Assembly (NCBI GenBank): GCA_035221665.1
Contig: CM069156.1
Span: 27,466,001-27,530,000, forward strand
DNA length: 64,000 nt
Source: Okamejei kenojei
Taxonomy: Eukaryota
Reading direction: 5' to 3'
The notes beneath the pieces were generated by a model, which ran no database searches, was not told the DNA's origin, and worked only from the letters and a program-made list of their open reading frames with translations. Positions 38,213 through 51,975 of this stretch are shown piece after piece. Both the position numbers and the translations under genes were made by a program. Position 1 is the first letter of the stretch. The number at the start of each line of letters is the position of its first letter.

Positions 38213-39374
38213 GATTGTTGAGGAGGCTGGGTGAACTTTTGATTGGTGGAGAATCGGGGGAGCTGTTGTTTCAGTATAATCTCCCTGGAAAGTTAGTGGA
38301 AGACAATTTTAAAGGAAGCAGGGTAAAATGTGTGCAGGGAATGGGGCCAATTGGAGAGCTCTTTAAAAGTCCACAGTAAGAATAGTGGGCCAAATGGCAA
38401 CCTTTTGTGCTGTATAATTTTGTAAATATTGTAAACCTGCTCAACCTTAAACTGTACAGAAATATGTAGGTTAAATACCTGGAGTTAGTTAATTTAAAAC
38501 TTTTATTCCCTACTTGTCATCTCTATGTTATTTATTGTGACACTAAGTAAAACATTACAAAGATGGCACAAAGATCGGAAGCCAACTAGGATGAGAGGTG
38601 CGATTATGCTTACTGCAATTGGGAAAGTTGTGAAGTGCACTTAAATGGGCTTCTAATTAGTGTGCAGGCTGCAAAAACCACGAAAAAGAGCAAAGTTGTT
38701 ATTCCTTACTCCCAAGCGAGCAAAACTGGAAACTGCTCACTTAAAAGAAAAGAACAGAATCAATGGGCTTTGTTAACAGGAGTGTAATTAGTTCAAGCAT
38801 GTTGGCAACTGGTGAAAATGCTTCAGGATATCTTGGCATCTACATTCAATTTTGAAATTTTGTTAAATAGATGATGATTTTAATATGATTTTTTTCTGTG
38901 TTTGTAAAGGCTTTGGTTCTTTGAATTCGCTCCATGTGAAGAGATGTAGTTTGCTAGCCGATGGTTTGTGTCCTTCCTGCACTGTGTGTTGGAAACTGCA
39001 ATACCGATGAGAGAGAATCCCACTCGTTATCTCCGACTGATATTATCAGTAACATAAAAATGAAATAACATGTAGTTAAAGTATCTTTCATGGTCTTCGG
39101 CTATCCCAGTTAGTTGTACACTTAAGGTGCATCTGAAGTGGAGGCACTATTGTAAGGAAATACAAGCAAAGTCCAACTTCCAGTATGCAAGGTTTCATAG
39201 TGAGAATAATGACCAGGTAATCTGTTTGTACTGGTACTAATTGGGGATAACTGTGGCTAGGACACCAGGGCACCGTTTTCAAAGTTGTATTGTTGTCCAT
39301 TTTGCATATAGCTGAGAGAGCCAAGGGGGTCTCAGTATAATGGCTCAATCATCTGTCCAACACCAGAGATTCAG

Positions 39375-40129
39375 TCCAACACTACATGCGGGCAAAGACT
39401 TGTAAAGAAAAAAACACCGGTTTACATTATATTTTGAGGCCATCATATTCAAAGATATGATATTATAAAACCAATGTCCCAATGGATGCCCAGATCTCCA
39501 GCATGTCCAATTCCTGGAGAAGAACATTGTCATATAGTCTACGACACGTCCAGCTATTTATACTGTAAATAGGAGTGCCAGGTTAGATAAGGTGTTCAAA
39601 TGTTTAGAGCGGGGATTGAGTACACAATGCTTATGAAATCCATTTCAGGCAACAACACATGCAGGTTTCAGTCGTACAATGGAATACAATCATTGAATCT
39701 TGCCGACCACACGCATTTAAAAAATGAATAGAGGTATTTATAATTTGCTTGTGGAATCGCCCTAAGTGGCAGACTCAAAGGGCTAAATGTCCTACTTCAG
39801 GTTAATAACAATGATATGATTCTACGAATATAATTTTCTTATGGATAGATTACCAAAAAGATGATGAACTAGAACTCCCTGCAATTTCCAGCCAATGGTC
39901 AGATCCTACAACCAAAACGAGACTGTATGTCAACACTTCAATATTGATTTCCAACACTACATGCGGGCAAAGACCTGTAAAGAAAAAACACCGGTTTACA
40001 TTATATTTTGAGGCCATCATATTCAAAGATATGATATTATAAAACCAATGTCCCAATGGATGCCCAGATCTCCAGCATGTCCGATTCCTGGAGAAGAACA
40101 TTGTCATATAGTCTACGACACGTCCAGCT
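39375..40129. repeat. Direct duplication of ~180 bp (39375-39555 and 39950-40129)
   Basis: Copies differ by 2 substitutions and one A in a homopolymer. Confidence 0.95.
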
Positions 40130-40194
40130 GCACTTTTGTAAACAAATCTACACTTTGAGAGATCAGAGTTAAACTCGGCTTCAACCTTGCATTC

Positions 40195-40400
40195 ATGCTT
40201 GAAATTTCCATCCACCAGCGGTTTCAGTGGTTACATCTGCATGGCTGCAATGCACCCTGTGAGAAGATGAGATGCTACTGTTCCAACGTACGCAGAACTC
40301 CATTGGAGAGAGCAGCGGGCGGATGTCATGGACATATGATTACATCTGGGATGCCGAATTAAGTAGCAAGAGTAGGAGTGGGATGGTGAATTAAAATGTC
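40195..40400 (-). mobile_element. Highly decayed Penelope-like fragment
   Basis: gagaagatgagatgctactgttccaa is the reverse complement of the EEQHLI-coding segment seen in the other Penelope copies. Confidence 0.5.
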
Positions 40401-40999
40401 AGACTGGGGGTGGGAATGGGAATTAAGGTGTCAGTGTGGGAGTAGAATGAGAAATTGAGGCATTAGAGTGGGAGTGAGAGTAGAATGTTGTTGACAGCTC
40501 TCCATTTAATCCAATTGCCCTATTCTCATAACCCCGCAAATATCTCCTTCTTGAATGCATATCTAATTTCCTTTTGCAAGTTACAATTGAATCTGCTTTC
40601 AGTTATCTCAGGCCAAGCTTAATTTATCAGCTCAGTCCTCCTGGACAATGGACAGTCCACACATGGAGCAGTCAACATGTTTTATGTAGTAGTTACATTT
40701 GTAGATTGATCAGTTAGATTTCAGGTGGTGGCTTGTTGCCGAGTCATTCTGGTGCTTGAACCCCCAGGCATAATTGAAATCAGGGGGATTCAAAGTTTGA
40801 TCATATAAGGAAGAGAGAGGGAGAGAATTACCCTACAAACCTGCACAAATCTCAAAAACATTAGAATTGAACAAAATATTGATGGATGTCACACAAAGAT
40901 TAAATTTTCCATAATTGTCAAGAATAATTCAAAAATTCTACTTTTAAAACTATTAGTTGATAAGCCAGCAATACGTCATTGAGAGATATATATTTTCAT

Positions 41000-41420
41000 A
41001 GAACATAGAACAGTACATCACAGGAACATGCCCTTCGTCCAACAATGTCCGTGCCAAACACAATGCCAAGTTAAACTAATCTCCTCAACCTGCAGGTGAT
41101 CCATATCCCTCAATTCCCTGCATATCCATGAGCCTATGCCAAAGCATCTCAAATGCCACTATCGTATCTGCCGCCACCACATGGCAATGCATTCCATGCA
41201 CCCACCGCTCCTTGTGCAAAAAAACGTGGCCCGCACATTTTCTTTTCACTATGCTCCTGTCACCTTAAAGCTATACACTTGAGTCTTTGATTTTTCTATT
41301 CTAGGAAAATGGTTCTGTCTACCTATCTATGCCTCTCATAATTTTATATACTTCTATGTCCCCTCTAACGTTCCAGAGAAAGTAATCCTAGTTTGGCCAT
41401 CCTCTCCTTGTACAATGAGT
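41000..41420 (-). mobile_element. CR1 3' fragment (similar - strand fragments at ~14220-14830, ~42500-42770, ~48400-48720, ~51400-51635, ~56490-56850 and ~58560-58930)
   Basis: catagaacatagaacagtac tail followed by reverse-complement CR1 3' sequence. Confidence 0.82.
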
Positions 41421-41844
41421 GGAAATCCTGGGGGGGGGGGGGGGGGGGGGGGGGGGAACGGGGACACATGTCCCATCCATGTTTTGAGAGGTAGGGGTTA
41501 AGCTCTTGTTAAATGTCTCTATTAACACTGTATTAACATGTTGTATCACCAATTGTGTTTTGTCCTTCCAAAGCTGTCTGATGTGGGTAAAATTACCATT
41601 TGAACTAATTGGATGTATTGATGGATGGGAAAGATTTAAACGGGTATCGGATTTAAACGGGTAGGTCGTTAAGGAATCCAGTCGAACGGGTTTCCTGGCT
41701 GACTTGCAGGAAGCCCCTGTCTCAATTACGGGTCGTTGGCACACTAATTACGCGACCTTATGGTCGCATTGAGCCGCGACGGTCCCGCGAAGGTCGCGCG
41801 CGATTTCATGCGCCTGCACAGCCGCCTGGAGCACGTGACGTCAT

Positions 41845-42040
41845 TTGAAGATGGACACAAAATGCAGGAGGAACTCAGCGGGACCGGCAGCATCTCTGGA
41901 GAGAAGGAATGGGTGATGTTTCGGGTCGAGACTTTTTCAGTCTGAAAAAAGGGTCTTGACCCGAAACGTCATCCATTGCTTCTCTCCAGAGATGCTGCCA
42001 ATCCCATTGAGTTACTCCTGCATTTTGATTCTATCTTCAA
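41845..42040. repeat. Fold-back palindrome of two head-to-head Penelope terminal repeats (~95-bp arms)
   Basis: ttgaagatggacacaaaatgcaggag...ttttcag t ctgaaaaa...ctcctgcattttgattctatcttcaa. Confidence 0.88.
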
Positions 42041-42388
42041 TTTTCTTGGCCCCGCTCTGGGAGTAGAAGTGGGGGGGGATCCGGACCGCAACGGCCGTGA
42101 GCACCAGGTCGAGCTCGGCGATCGTTTGCCTGCTTCTGCTGCTGTTGGAGGTGAGACATTGCGTTGAGCCAGGGTCTTGGGCCTGTCCCATTTTGGCCAT
42201 CAGTTACGCGACAGGCCGTTGGCGCGCAAAGATTTTGTTTGCTACAAAATTTCGGAGCGCCGTGCGATATTGCGCACAACTACATACCCCTCCGCACTAC
42301 TCAGTGGTACCGGCCCCGTGCGGCCACAGGATGCCCATGCACGTCAATGCGACGACGAGGTCGCGTAATTTGCGTGCCAAGGACACAT

Positions 42389-42390
<2 letters not shown>

Positions 42391-42421
<31 letters not shown>
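42391..42421. repeat. (GT)n microsatellite
   Basis: Seen directly. Confidence 0.95.
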
Positions 42422-42423
<2 letters not shown>

Positions 42424-44542
42424 GCCGCCAAGAAATTGTGTCTCCCCCCATGTTTTGATAGTGATTTCCACCCCTGCCTTATACAGTAGCCACTACCTTT
42501 AGTCCAGGCAGTATTCTGATAAACCTCGTCTGCACCCTCTCCAAAGCCTCCACATTCTTCCTATAATAGTGACCAGAATTACACACAATATTAAAAATGC
42601 AGCCTAATTAACATTCTATAAAGCAGCAACATGAATTTCTGACTCTTACCGTATACTTAGAGTGCTGGCTGTTGAAGGCAAGTGTACCATGTGCCTTCTT
42701 TACTACTGTATCTACTTGTGCTGCTACTTTCAGGGAGCTATGGACTTGGACACCAGGAACCCTCTGAACATCATTGCAGAACAACTTACTGCTTTTCACA
42801 ATTTTGTTTTTAATTTATCATCGTTGAATTAGGTTGGACCTAACCTTTCACACTTTCGATGTAGTTCTCCAATCATTGCCACTCCTCCTGTTCTTTTCCA
42901 AAAGTCCTGCAACTTCCTCCTTCTCGAGTATTTATCCAGCTCTTTTGTGAATGTTACAAAAGACTGTACTCAGGATGGGAGAAAAGATTCACGGATGAAT
43001 GAATGCATTATTCCCACTGACCCTTGAGAGATCCTTGACAGCTCAAAATGGAGAAGGATCATTCTGGTGGTATTGATAACCTTGAATCCAGGAACATCAA
43101 TTAACCCGTATAGCCTGGTGTGGGAATGCACCACTTCACAAACTACCCACTCACCTACCCTGGCGGGCCTGCTCTCACCCCGTCTGTGGAAGAATCTGTG
43201 GCTCCAGAATTAGGCTCCTAGTCACCTCAGAAACCACAGAACTAGAGTGGATGAAAGCCATCCTTAATCCCGAAGGATTGCCTACAAGGAAGAATGTTGA
43301 CTGTTTTCATGATCTTTTCAGGAAGTGTAAATTTGATGCATTAAAGTACCAGTACTATTAAAAAAAACGTGATTTACAGTGTATTCATTTTGTCTGTTAT
43401 CGGAGATAGTAACTGCTGGGTACAACAACTGTGGGGACGCTTGTAAGTCACTCATGGAATGCTGAGATGGGAACTGTAGGTTGCTTCTCCTGGACCAATG
43501 AGCTAACATAACATAGATTAGGTGTTAGGTCCCTTCAGTATGTTTATCTGCTGACATGAATCTACAGAACATCTGGAGCGAGTGACTTCAACATTAGGAC
43601 AGCCAACTGAAAATTGGATTGAACAACCCTAGTGCTACCTCTCGTGAATAGCGACTGAGGAGAGATTTGGCTCAGAATCTCAAAAGTGATTTGAAGTAAA
43701 TGCACTGTGTAACTTGAGCAATAAGCCAAAGAGTAAATCGGTCAGGTGAAAAATTTGTAAGCTTCAAACAAGTTTAGGTATTGGAAAAGGTTGTATTTCC
43801 TTAGGACAAGGAATGTGGAATAGATTTTATGAGAGGGAAGTGCACTTGAGCTTGAACATCAAATTAAAGTGGAACTATATTTTTGCTTGGAAATAAGGTT
43901 GAGCATTGTAGTGCGGGAAATCACATTCTTTCAGCATAGATATCATGGGCCGAAGGATCTGCTCCTCTGCCACTGATCTCTTTTCTACTTGACAAGCCCA
44001 GGGACTTAGTCTTCAAGGCAGTTGATGTATGAACTCGAAACAGACAGGCTTGGTATACTGTGTAGAAAGGAACAGCAGATACTGGTATATACCGAAGTTA
44101 CTGTTGACACAGAGTGCTGGAGTAACTCGGAGGGTCAGGCAGCATCCCTGGAGAAAAAGGATGGGTGATGTTTCGGGTTGGTACCTTTCTTCAGAATGAA
44201 GGCTTGGTATATTCTCAAACTCCTTACAGTCTAACTGATACCCACCTAAGTGCAGACACACTAGTGTAGCGGACCTTCCATCTCTAAACTCATAGATGAT
44301 TAAATAAACATCTGGGTGTGGAACCAAATTAAGTGTCATCCAGCTCATGTGAATCGGTGCGTCGATCGAAAGTGATGATAACAGAAACAAACATAGGATT
44401 TATTGCCTCGTCATGCATGTTATTGGTAAAACCGGCTAATTACCACTTGAGAGAGGAACCTAGAGTTTCACTTGGTCATTGCAGCCAAAGTTCATCTTCA
44501 TAATGTCCTATGTTGAGCATATCTGCACTGTTTCATTAGGAG

Positions 44543-44698
44543 ATGCTGCAAGAAAAGAGTGCTGCAGAAAGTGAAGAGAGCTATCCAGCAGCTCAGGTGG
44601 ATGGACACCAGGAACACAATGTGCAGTCACCAGGGCACGGAGCTCCAGGAGCCAGTAGCATGTCTCCAGGCAGCCCACAGGGACAGGACCCCGACCAG
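44543..44698 (+). CDS. tbx4: T-box transcription factor TBX4, first coding exon (exon starts at 44540 with 3 nt of 5'UTR, GAG, before the ATG)
   Basis: Acceptor ctgtttcattAG (44538-39), then gag ATG, and donor cag|GTAAGA at 44699. Encodes MLQEKSAAESEESYPAAQ...SPGSPQGQDPDQ, resembling the recalled human TBX4 N-terminus MLQDKGLSESEE...GSPPG...EQ. The phase-0 junction joins in frame to the T-box exon at 50233. Confidence 0.9.
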
Positions 44699-46819
44699 GT
44701 AAGAAAGCGTCATCTTTCCCTGTGACGCAGAATAACGTAGGCTTATTTGGAATTGACAACCCACCCTGTTCACCCCAGTAATGAATCTGCCTCGATGCTC
44801 TTCTCCTTCGTGGATGCCGTGGACATTACACATCAAGATTAGTTCATCACCATATGCACAAGTACAGAGGTACGGGAATAATGAAAAGTTTGCTTGCAGC
44901 AGCAGCATCGCAGACACACAGATTCAGACACACCAAAATATAAATAATATATAAATGACTTATAAAATCCTGCAAAACAGCATAAAGACAAAGAAAGGAC
45001 TGCAATGAAATTAGTGCAAAACTCAATCAGTAGAAAAGCAAGCTCATGGTTGTGCAAGTGGTGGTCAATAGTGTTAGGGTGTCAAGGTAAGGTCAGGGTT
45101 GTGCAGGTAGATTCAAGAACCTAATAGTTTTAGGAAAGTAGCTCTTCCTGAATCTGGTGGTATGGGACAATGCATTGGCGTACTTCGATCTGAGCTTCAA
45201 ATCTTCATTCTATCAGTCACCAAAACCACCCCTTTCATCTGTGGAACTCACTTGCTTATTATCATCTGTTGTGAGAATCTCTTGCTTTTGTAACCTGCAC
45301 CCCTGACGTAGCTCAAGATGCCAGTATCTGCAGCTTCATGTCAACAAAAGGAGAATGCTGGAAATGCCCAAAACATCAGGCGGTGCGTGTGGAAAGAGGA
45401 AAACTGAGTTAATATCACTAATAGATTGCCTTGCAGCCAAATTAACCCTTTGTTTTGCTCTACATAAAGTCCCTCATTAATCGATGAACCAAACTGCTCG
45501 GCAAACAATGAGATCACTTCAGCAATCTGAGCTTCACTCTGTCACAGACTAGGGATACAAAGGGTGCAGAAGAAAACAGAATTCTGTCAATGCTTTAGAA
45601 CTGGAGGAAGTCAAGAGGAGCAAGTCCATGGAAGGATACATTTAGCATCAAATTTGAGGACTTTAAATTTAAAGCATTCTCAGACCCAATGATTAAGCAA
45701 CTAAAACAAAATGAATGCTGGAGACTCCACTTCTGATGGAGAGTTTCGGACCCGAAACATTATTTTTTTTTTTCCACAGCTGCTGTCTGACCAGGTGAGT
45801 GTTTCCATCATTTTGTGCTTTACTCCCCTATACAAAATTCTCCATTTCCAAAAAGCAACTTCACCACTTTTCGGTGCCTCTTCTGCATCTGTCTTTCACA
45901 CAGAGGATGGTGGTATATGGAACGAGCTGCCCGAGAAGGTACTTAAGGCAAAATTTAAAATACATTTGGGCAGATACATAGATAGGAAAGGTTATGAGGA
46001 ATATGGGCCAAATCTGGGCTGGTGGGACTAACATAGAAATCTATTGTCCTTACCCAGTATTGTTCGGCACGGTCAAATTGGGCCAAATCACCTGCTTCCA
46101 TGCTGTAGCACTCAATGACTCTAATGTAGCCTCTAACTTTGGCGGGTGGACTGTGAGTCATCTCATCTCCACACATCTATTCTCCTCTAAACTATTCAAT
46201 GTTATTTAATTCTTCACCATCATATTAACCATCCTTAATATCAACTTCTTTAGCAGTCGCCTCCCTTAATTCCCCACCTATATTTGTTTGGGTCCAGCCT
46301 TAAACTGGCAAGCAGCTTGAGGTATCTGGCAACGCATGTTGCAACTGTGAGACTGTACGAGATGTTCTTTCAGGTTCAACATTACTGGTTTCTTCCATAA
46401 ACATATTTTATGATCAGGATAAAGGAGGCCAGTACACACCTCCAGGAGACATGCTCATGGTTTCACAATATTAATTTTGAATTTTGTAACAAGAAAGCAA
46501 TTTATGTTAAGGTAAGGCTTGGGAGAATTTTTAGAAAAATAAAGTTGATTTAGGATATGGTTATTTTATTTTTTACTAAGGTGTTGAAGATCTCGATGAT
46601 GATAAACCAAATGCTGTTTTAGAGGTTTAGTTCAAGGTCCGGTCACAGGGGTATCACTGATGACCAACAGAAACATTTATTGCTTAAGGACTACATCACC
46701 ATGGCCCTTGCCAACCCCAATTTATAGGGAGGGGAAATATGCAGGTATTTATTTTATGAATTTAACATTCAGTTAACTTTGCTGAAATAGAACTTGAATC
46801 AATAACCCAATACGACACA

Positions 46820-47045
46820 AGAAACAGCAGATGCTGGAAACTTGAGCTAAACACAAAGTGCTGTAGTAACTCAGCGGGTTTGGCAGCACATGTGGAGGGA
46901 AAGAACAGACGACATTTCAGGTCTGGATCCTTCTTCAGACTGATTGTAATCCCATCCCCTTGCCTAGGATATAATCAGTCTGAAGAAGGGTCCCGACCCA
47001 AAACGTTTTTTTTCCATTCCCTCCACAGATGCTGCCTGACCTCCT
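46820..47045. repeat. Fold-back pair of Penelope terminal repeats with a short spacer
   Basis: ccttcttcagactgatt...aatcagtctgaagaagg, with flanking gcagcacatgtggagggaa / ttccctccacagatgctgc. Confidence 0.8.
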
Positions 47046-48097
47046 GCACCTCGTATTTTGGCTTTGTTAAAATATTAGGAAACCATGGGGTAATATTTCA
47101 AATACATGGTAAAACCTATTAAAATACTCTTGGCACTGGGCAGACTGGAAATTTCTAACCTGTGAGAAGCTTTAAAAACCTGGTCCCTTTGGACTTTGCT
47201 CATTATAACATAAAATAATTCAATTAAAAAAAGGATTTGTAGGAATTACTCTAGGTGGCTAACTATGAAATGACATTACTTTGTTGGTGACATTCTCCTA
47301 CTTTATGTATCAGTTCTGCACAATGATATATTTGAAATGTTTTCATCTGATGTTAAAATGATGCACTTATTCAGTCCCTTGCATACTCACCACATTACCT
47401 CTATCCACCACGTTAATGGCTACTTGTTGTGAATGTGATTTAAAGTCCCTACAGTGTGCTTGAGAAAGGTCTCAACTTATTTTTCCAGCCACCAAGGAGA
47501 GCTGAGTTTACACATTGGTCCTGGAGGTGAAAGGTCAGCCTGTCAACAGCTTCGCGCCAAATCACATCGCAGAAATACAAAATATATTTAAAATCAAGGT
47601 TGATACCAATGGTCTAGTGATTGAACAAATATAATCACCACAAGAAAAGACACTATCTGAACTGTTGAGATACTCCAGCACTTTGTGCCATTTTTTGTAA
47701 ACCAGCATCTGCAGTTCCTTGTTTCTCCATTTCACTACTCATCACAAGTACATGCTTCACAATCGCACTGGAAATGTGTCCAGAGTTTGAGACAAAAATC
47801 TATTTTTATATGGATAATATTGCATCAGTCAGATTTTTCAACAGGGTTCATGTTAATGAGTAATAAATTATGTATTTTATGTTCTGACTTCTGAGTGATG
47901 CATTATGTGAAACTTGTTTGATTTCTCTGGTAGTTTTAGTCCCTGACCATACATATACACTCCTCTGACCTGCCTCATTTACATTTCCTACTATTGTTAC
48001 ATATGAAGAATGGAAAAAAGATGGACATTGAGCGCCTAAACCCCACTTCCACCATCGAATTAGATCACGGATGAGCTGTACCTTAATTCCCCTTTTT

Positions 48098-48329
48098 TAT
48101 TTTATTTTTTTTAATTAAAAGCATATGTACAAATGATAATAAACGACAAACTGGTTACAGAGTTCTTACATACTTCCATTTTTTAAGTTTTTTTAAAGAA
48201 AATAAATAGAGAAAGAAAGAGATTAGAGAGACTGTAAACTAGTCTGTAAGCAAGAAAGAAAGTTCTCCTCCAATTCACACTATGGTGATTTGGAGGTATA
48301 CCATTGGTCCTCCTTTGTTGCTGGGTTTG
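48098..48329 (-). mobile_element. 5'-truncated poly(A)-tailed (L1/Tx1-like) insertion with a captured 67-bp local sequence
   Basis: T-rich tail at the left end; TSD ttccccttttt at 48087-48097 and 48330-48340. Confidence 0.65.
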
Positions 48330-48929
48330 TTCCCCTTTTTATGTCTATTGTTGCTGTCTCAGGTTAAATCTTTGCTACAATTTTTAATTCCCAAAACCAA
48401 CATAGAAAAGTACAGCACAGGAACAGGCCCTTCAGCCCACAATGTCTGGGCCAAACATGACAGATTCCTCTGCCAGCATGTGATCCATAAACACCCCATT
48501 CCTTGTATATCCATGTGCCCATCTAAAAGCCGCTTACATGCTCCTATCATATCTGCCTCCACCACCCACCCCTGGCAGCACGTTTCAGGCACCCAGCATT
48601 ATCTGTGTAAAACACACATGACCCACATATCTCCTTTAACTTTGCCCCTCTCACCTTAAAGCTATAACCTCTAGTCTTTGATATTTCCACCTTAGGAAAT
48701 AGGTTCTGACTGTCCATCCTTTAATAAGTATCAAGAACAAGGAGTAAAATTAACTTCTTCAAAGAGCCAAAGTCTTAAAAGTCTTTGGTGCAAAGACTAG
48801 AAAATACATTTATTGGTAATTTTCTGCTCTGGAGTTGATCTAATTTCCCCAGGAACCCTCTATTGTTATTGATAAATTATCATTTATCAATTAGAAATCT
48901 ACTTTCTATTTTTGTAAAATGTAATCATT

Positions 48930-50328
<1,399 letters not shown>

Positions 50329-51074
50329 TAGGTTTATTGTGTAAATGGGATTAGCCGGATATTCCCTACAAATTGATTTGGAATGTTTCATGGAACAACA
50401 TGCATTATTTTTCTGCTGCTTTGGGATACTGTTACATGTGCAATGTTGTTGCTAGTTTGTTTAAATTAATCACCAAGAATAAAACCCAATGGTGACTTGA
50501 GGAATATGTTGTTTTATGTGGGAAGTTCTTATCTGAATGCGTCATTAGAGAGGGTGATGGGTGTAGATTTAATTAACATTCATAAGGGAAATGGATAAAT
50601 ATTCTAAAGTTAGAACGTTAGCTGCACTGTAGGCAAAGAACAGGCAAGTGGGATTAAATGCATAATTCTTTCAAGGAGCTGGCACGGGTGTCGCTTAAAG
50701 GTCCCCTTGTGTGACTCTGTAATTCTGCAATCTCAAAACTATGCCTTTACAAATATTATATTTTCTCATTCAATGGATTAGTTTAGAATGCATGATCATT
50801 AGCACAGTGAGATAGATTGATGTAACCCAAACCTCTGGATGAAGGGTATATGGATTAAGCTGAAGGATTTCCCCCCTCCTTCCATTTGTATCATGTGGTC
50901 TGCTGTGAACATCCCTATGGAGCAGACTGTACAACACAACCCAGACTTCACAATACAAGCAACAAACTGCACAACAAAGCTAACTATCCATTCAATGGGT
51001 GTCCATCATTTCATTGAATTACTGATATTCCTTTTGTTCCACCCATTGCCCTACACACTTTCTCAGTTAATGTG

Positions 51075-51975
51075 TCAAGAATGTTTAATTGTCATTTGTA
51101 CCGATAATGGAACAGTGAAATTCTTACTTGCAGAAGCTTAACAGAACCGTAAATGCAATACCCAGAGATAAAAAAAATATAATGATCAATAAAATTCAAT
51201 AAAACAATAACTGGAATACTCGAAAGCCATACTAGTGCAAAAACAAACTCTATAGTACAACCAAAGACACATTCCATAGAAGCTTATAGTTGAGGTTTGT
51301 GTCGTGTTGTTTTCACGAGCCTGATAGTTGCTGGGAATAAGCTATTCTTGAATGTGGTGATCATGGTTCCTGTCCCTTGTGGTTATTTCATGTTCAAAAA
51401 GGTCAGGCTGATCTTCTATCCTGGACCCTATTTTCCTGCGCAGTCTCCACGTCTCTCGATTCCTTTGACAATCAGAAATCTATTGATCACTATTTTGTAT
51501 GCAATCAATGACTGTCTCTGTAGGTTCATCATTCTCTGAATGACGAAACCTCTCCTCATTTCAGTGCTACACAGTCTCCCTTGTTCTGAAACTGTGTCTC
51601 CTCGTTCAAGATTCTTCAGATGGGGAAACATCCTTCATGGAGTGTGGCCAAATTTGATTGATGTCAGCGTGGAATATATTCTAATTTGCTGAAAACACTC
51701 AGCAAGTTGGGCAACATCTACAGAGGGAGAAACAGAGTTAACATTTGAGGTTGAAAACTCTTTATCAGAATTAAATAAATGACTTATAAGTTGCAGAAAA
51801 GATGGGGAAGATATAGATTGGCCAAAAGGAATATCTCTGATAGGACGAGCATTGGTATCGTGATAGTTTTCAATGGGAGAAGCGAGAAGAAAGAATGACT
51901 AGGGTGGGAAAAGCCGGTGAATATGTTAGCTGCTACTCGGTGGCAGTGTGAAGTGTAGATGGAGTCAATGGTGCT
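51075..51975 (-). mobile_element. Rex1/Babar-like LINE 3' fragments interrupted by other repeats (similar tails at ~18700-19150 and ~44835-45170)
   Basis: Minus-strand IYTSHCHRVAANIFTGFSHPSHSFFSLLP resembles the Rex1 C-terminal IIKDPSHPxHxLFxLLPSG; tail tttaattgtca..gaaattcttacttgcag. Confidence 0.65.

Larger units (their letters stand above)
41713..42425. mobile_element. TIR non-autonomous DNA transposon (PIF/Harbinger-like MITE) containing a Penelope fold-back
   Basis: Imperfect inverted repeats 41726-41758 and 42358-42390; gcccctgtctca and gggcctgtccca Harbinger-type termini; CpG-rich. Confidence 0.65.

Noticed and set aside
39375-40129. LTR retrotransposon or TRIM
   Set aside because: No TG..CA termini, primer-binding site, polypurine tract or TSD seen.
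44541-44698. Second open frame in the ATG exon (RCCKKRVLQKVKRAIQQLRW...)
   Set aside because: No recognisable homology, and 52 stop-free codons in GC-rich sequence can occur by chance.
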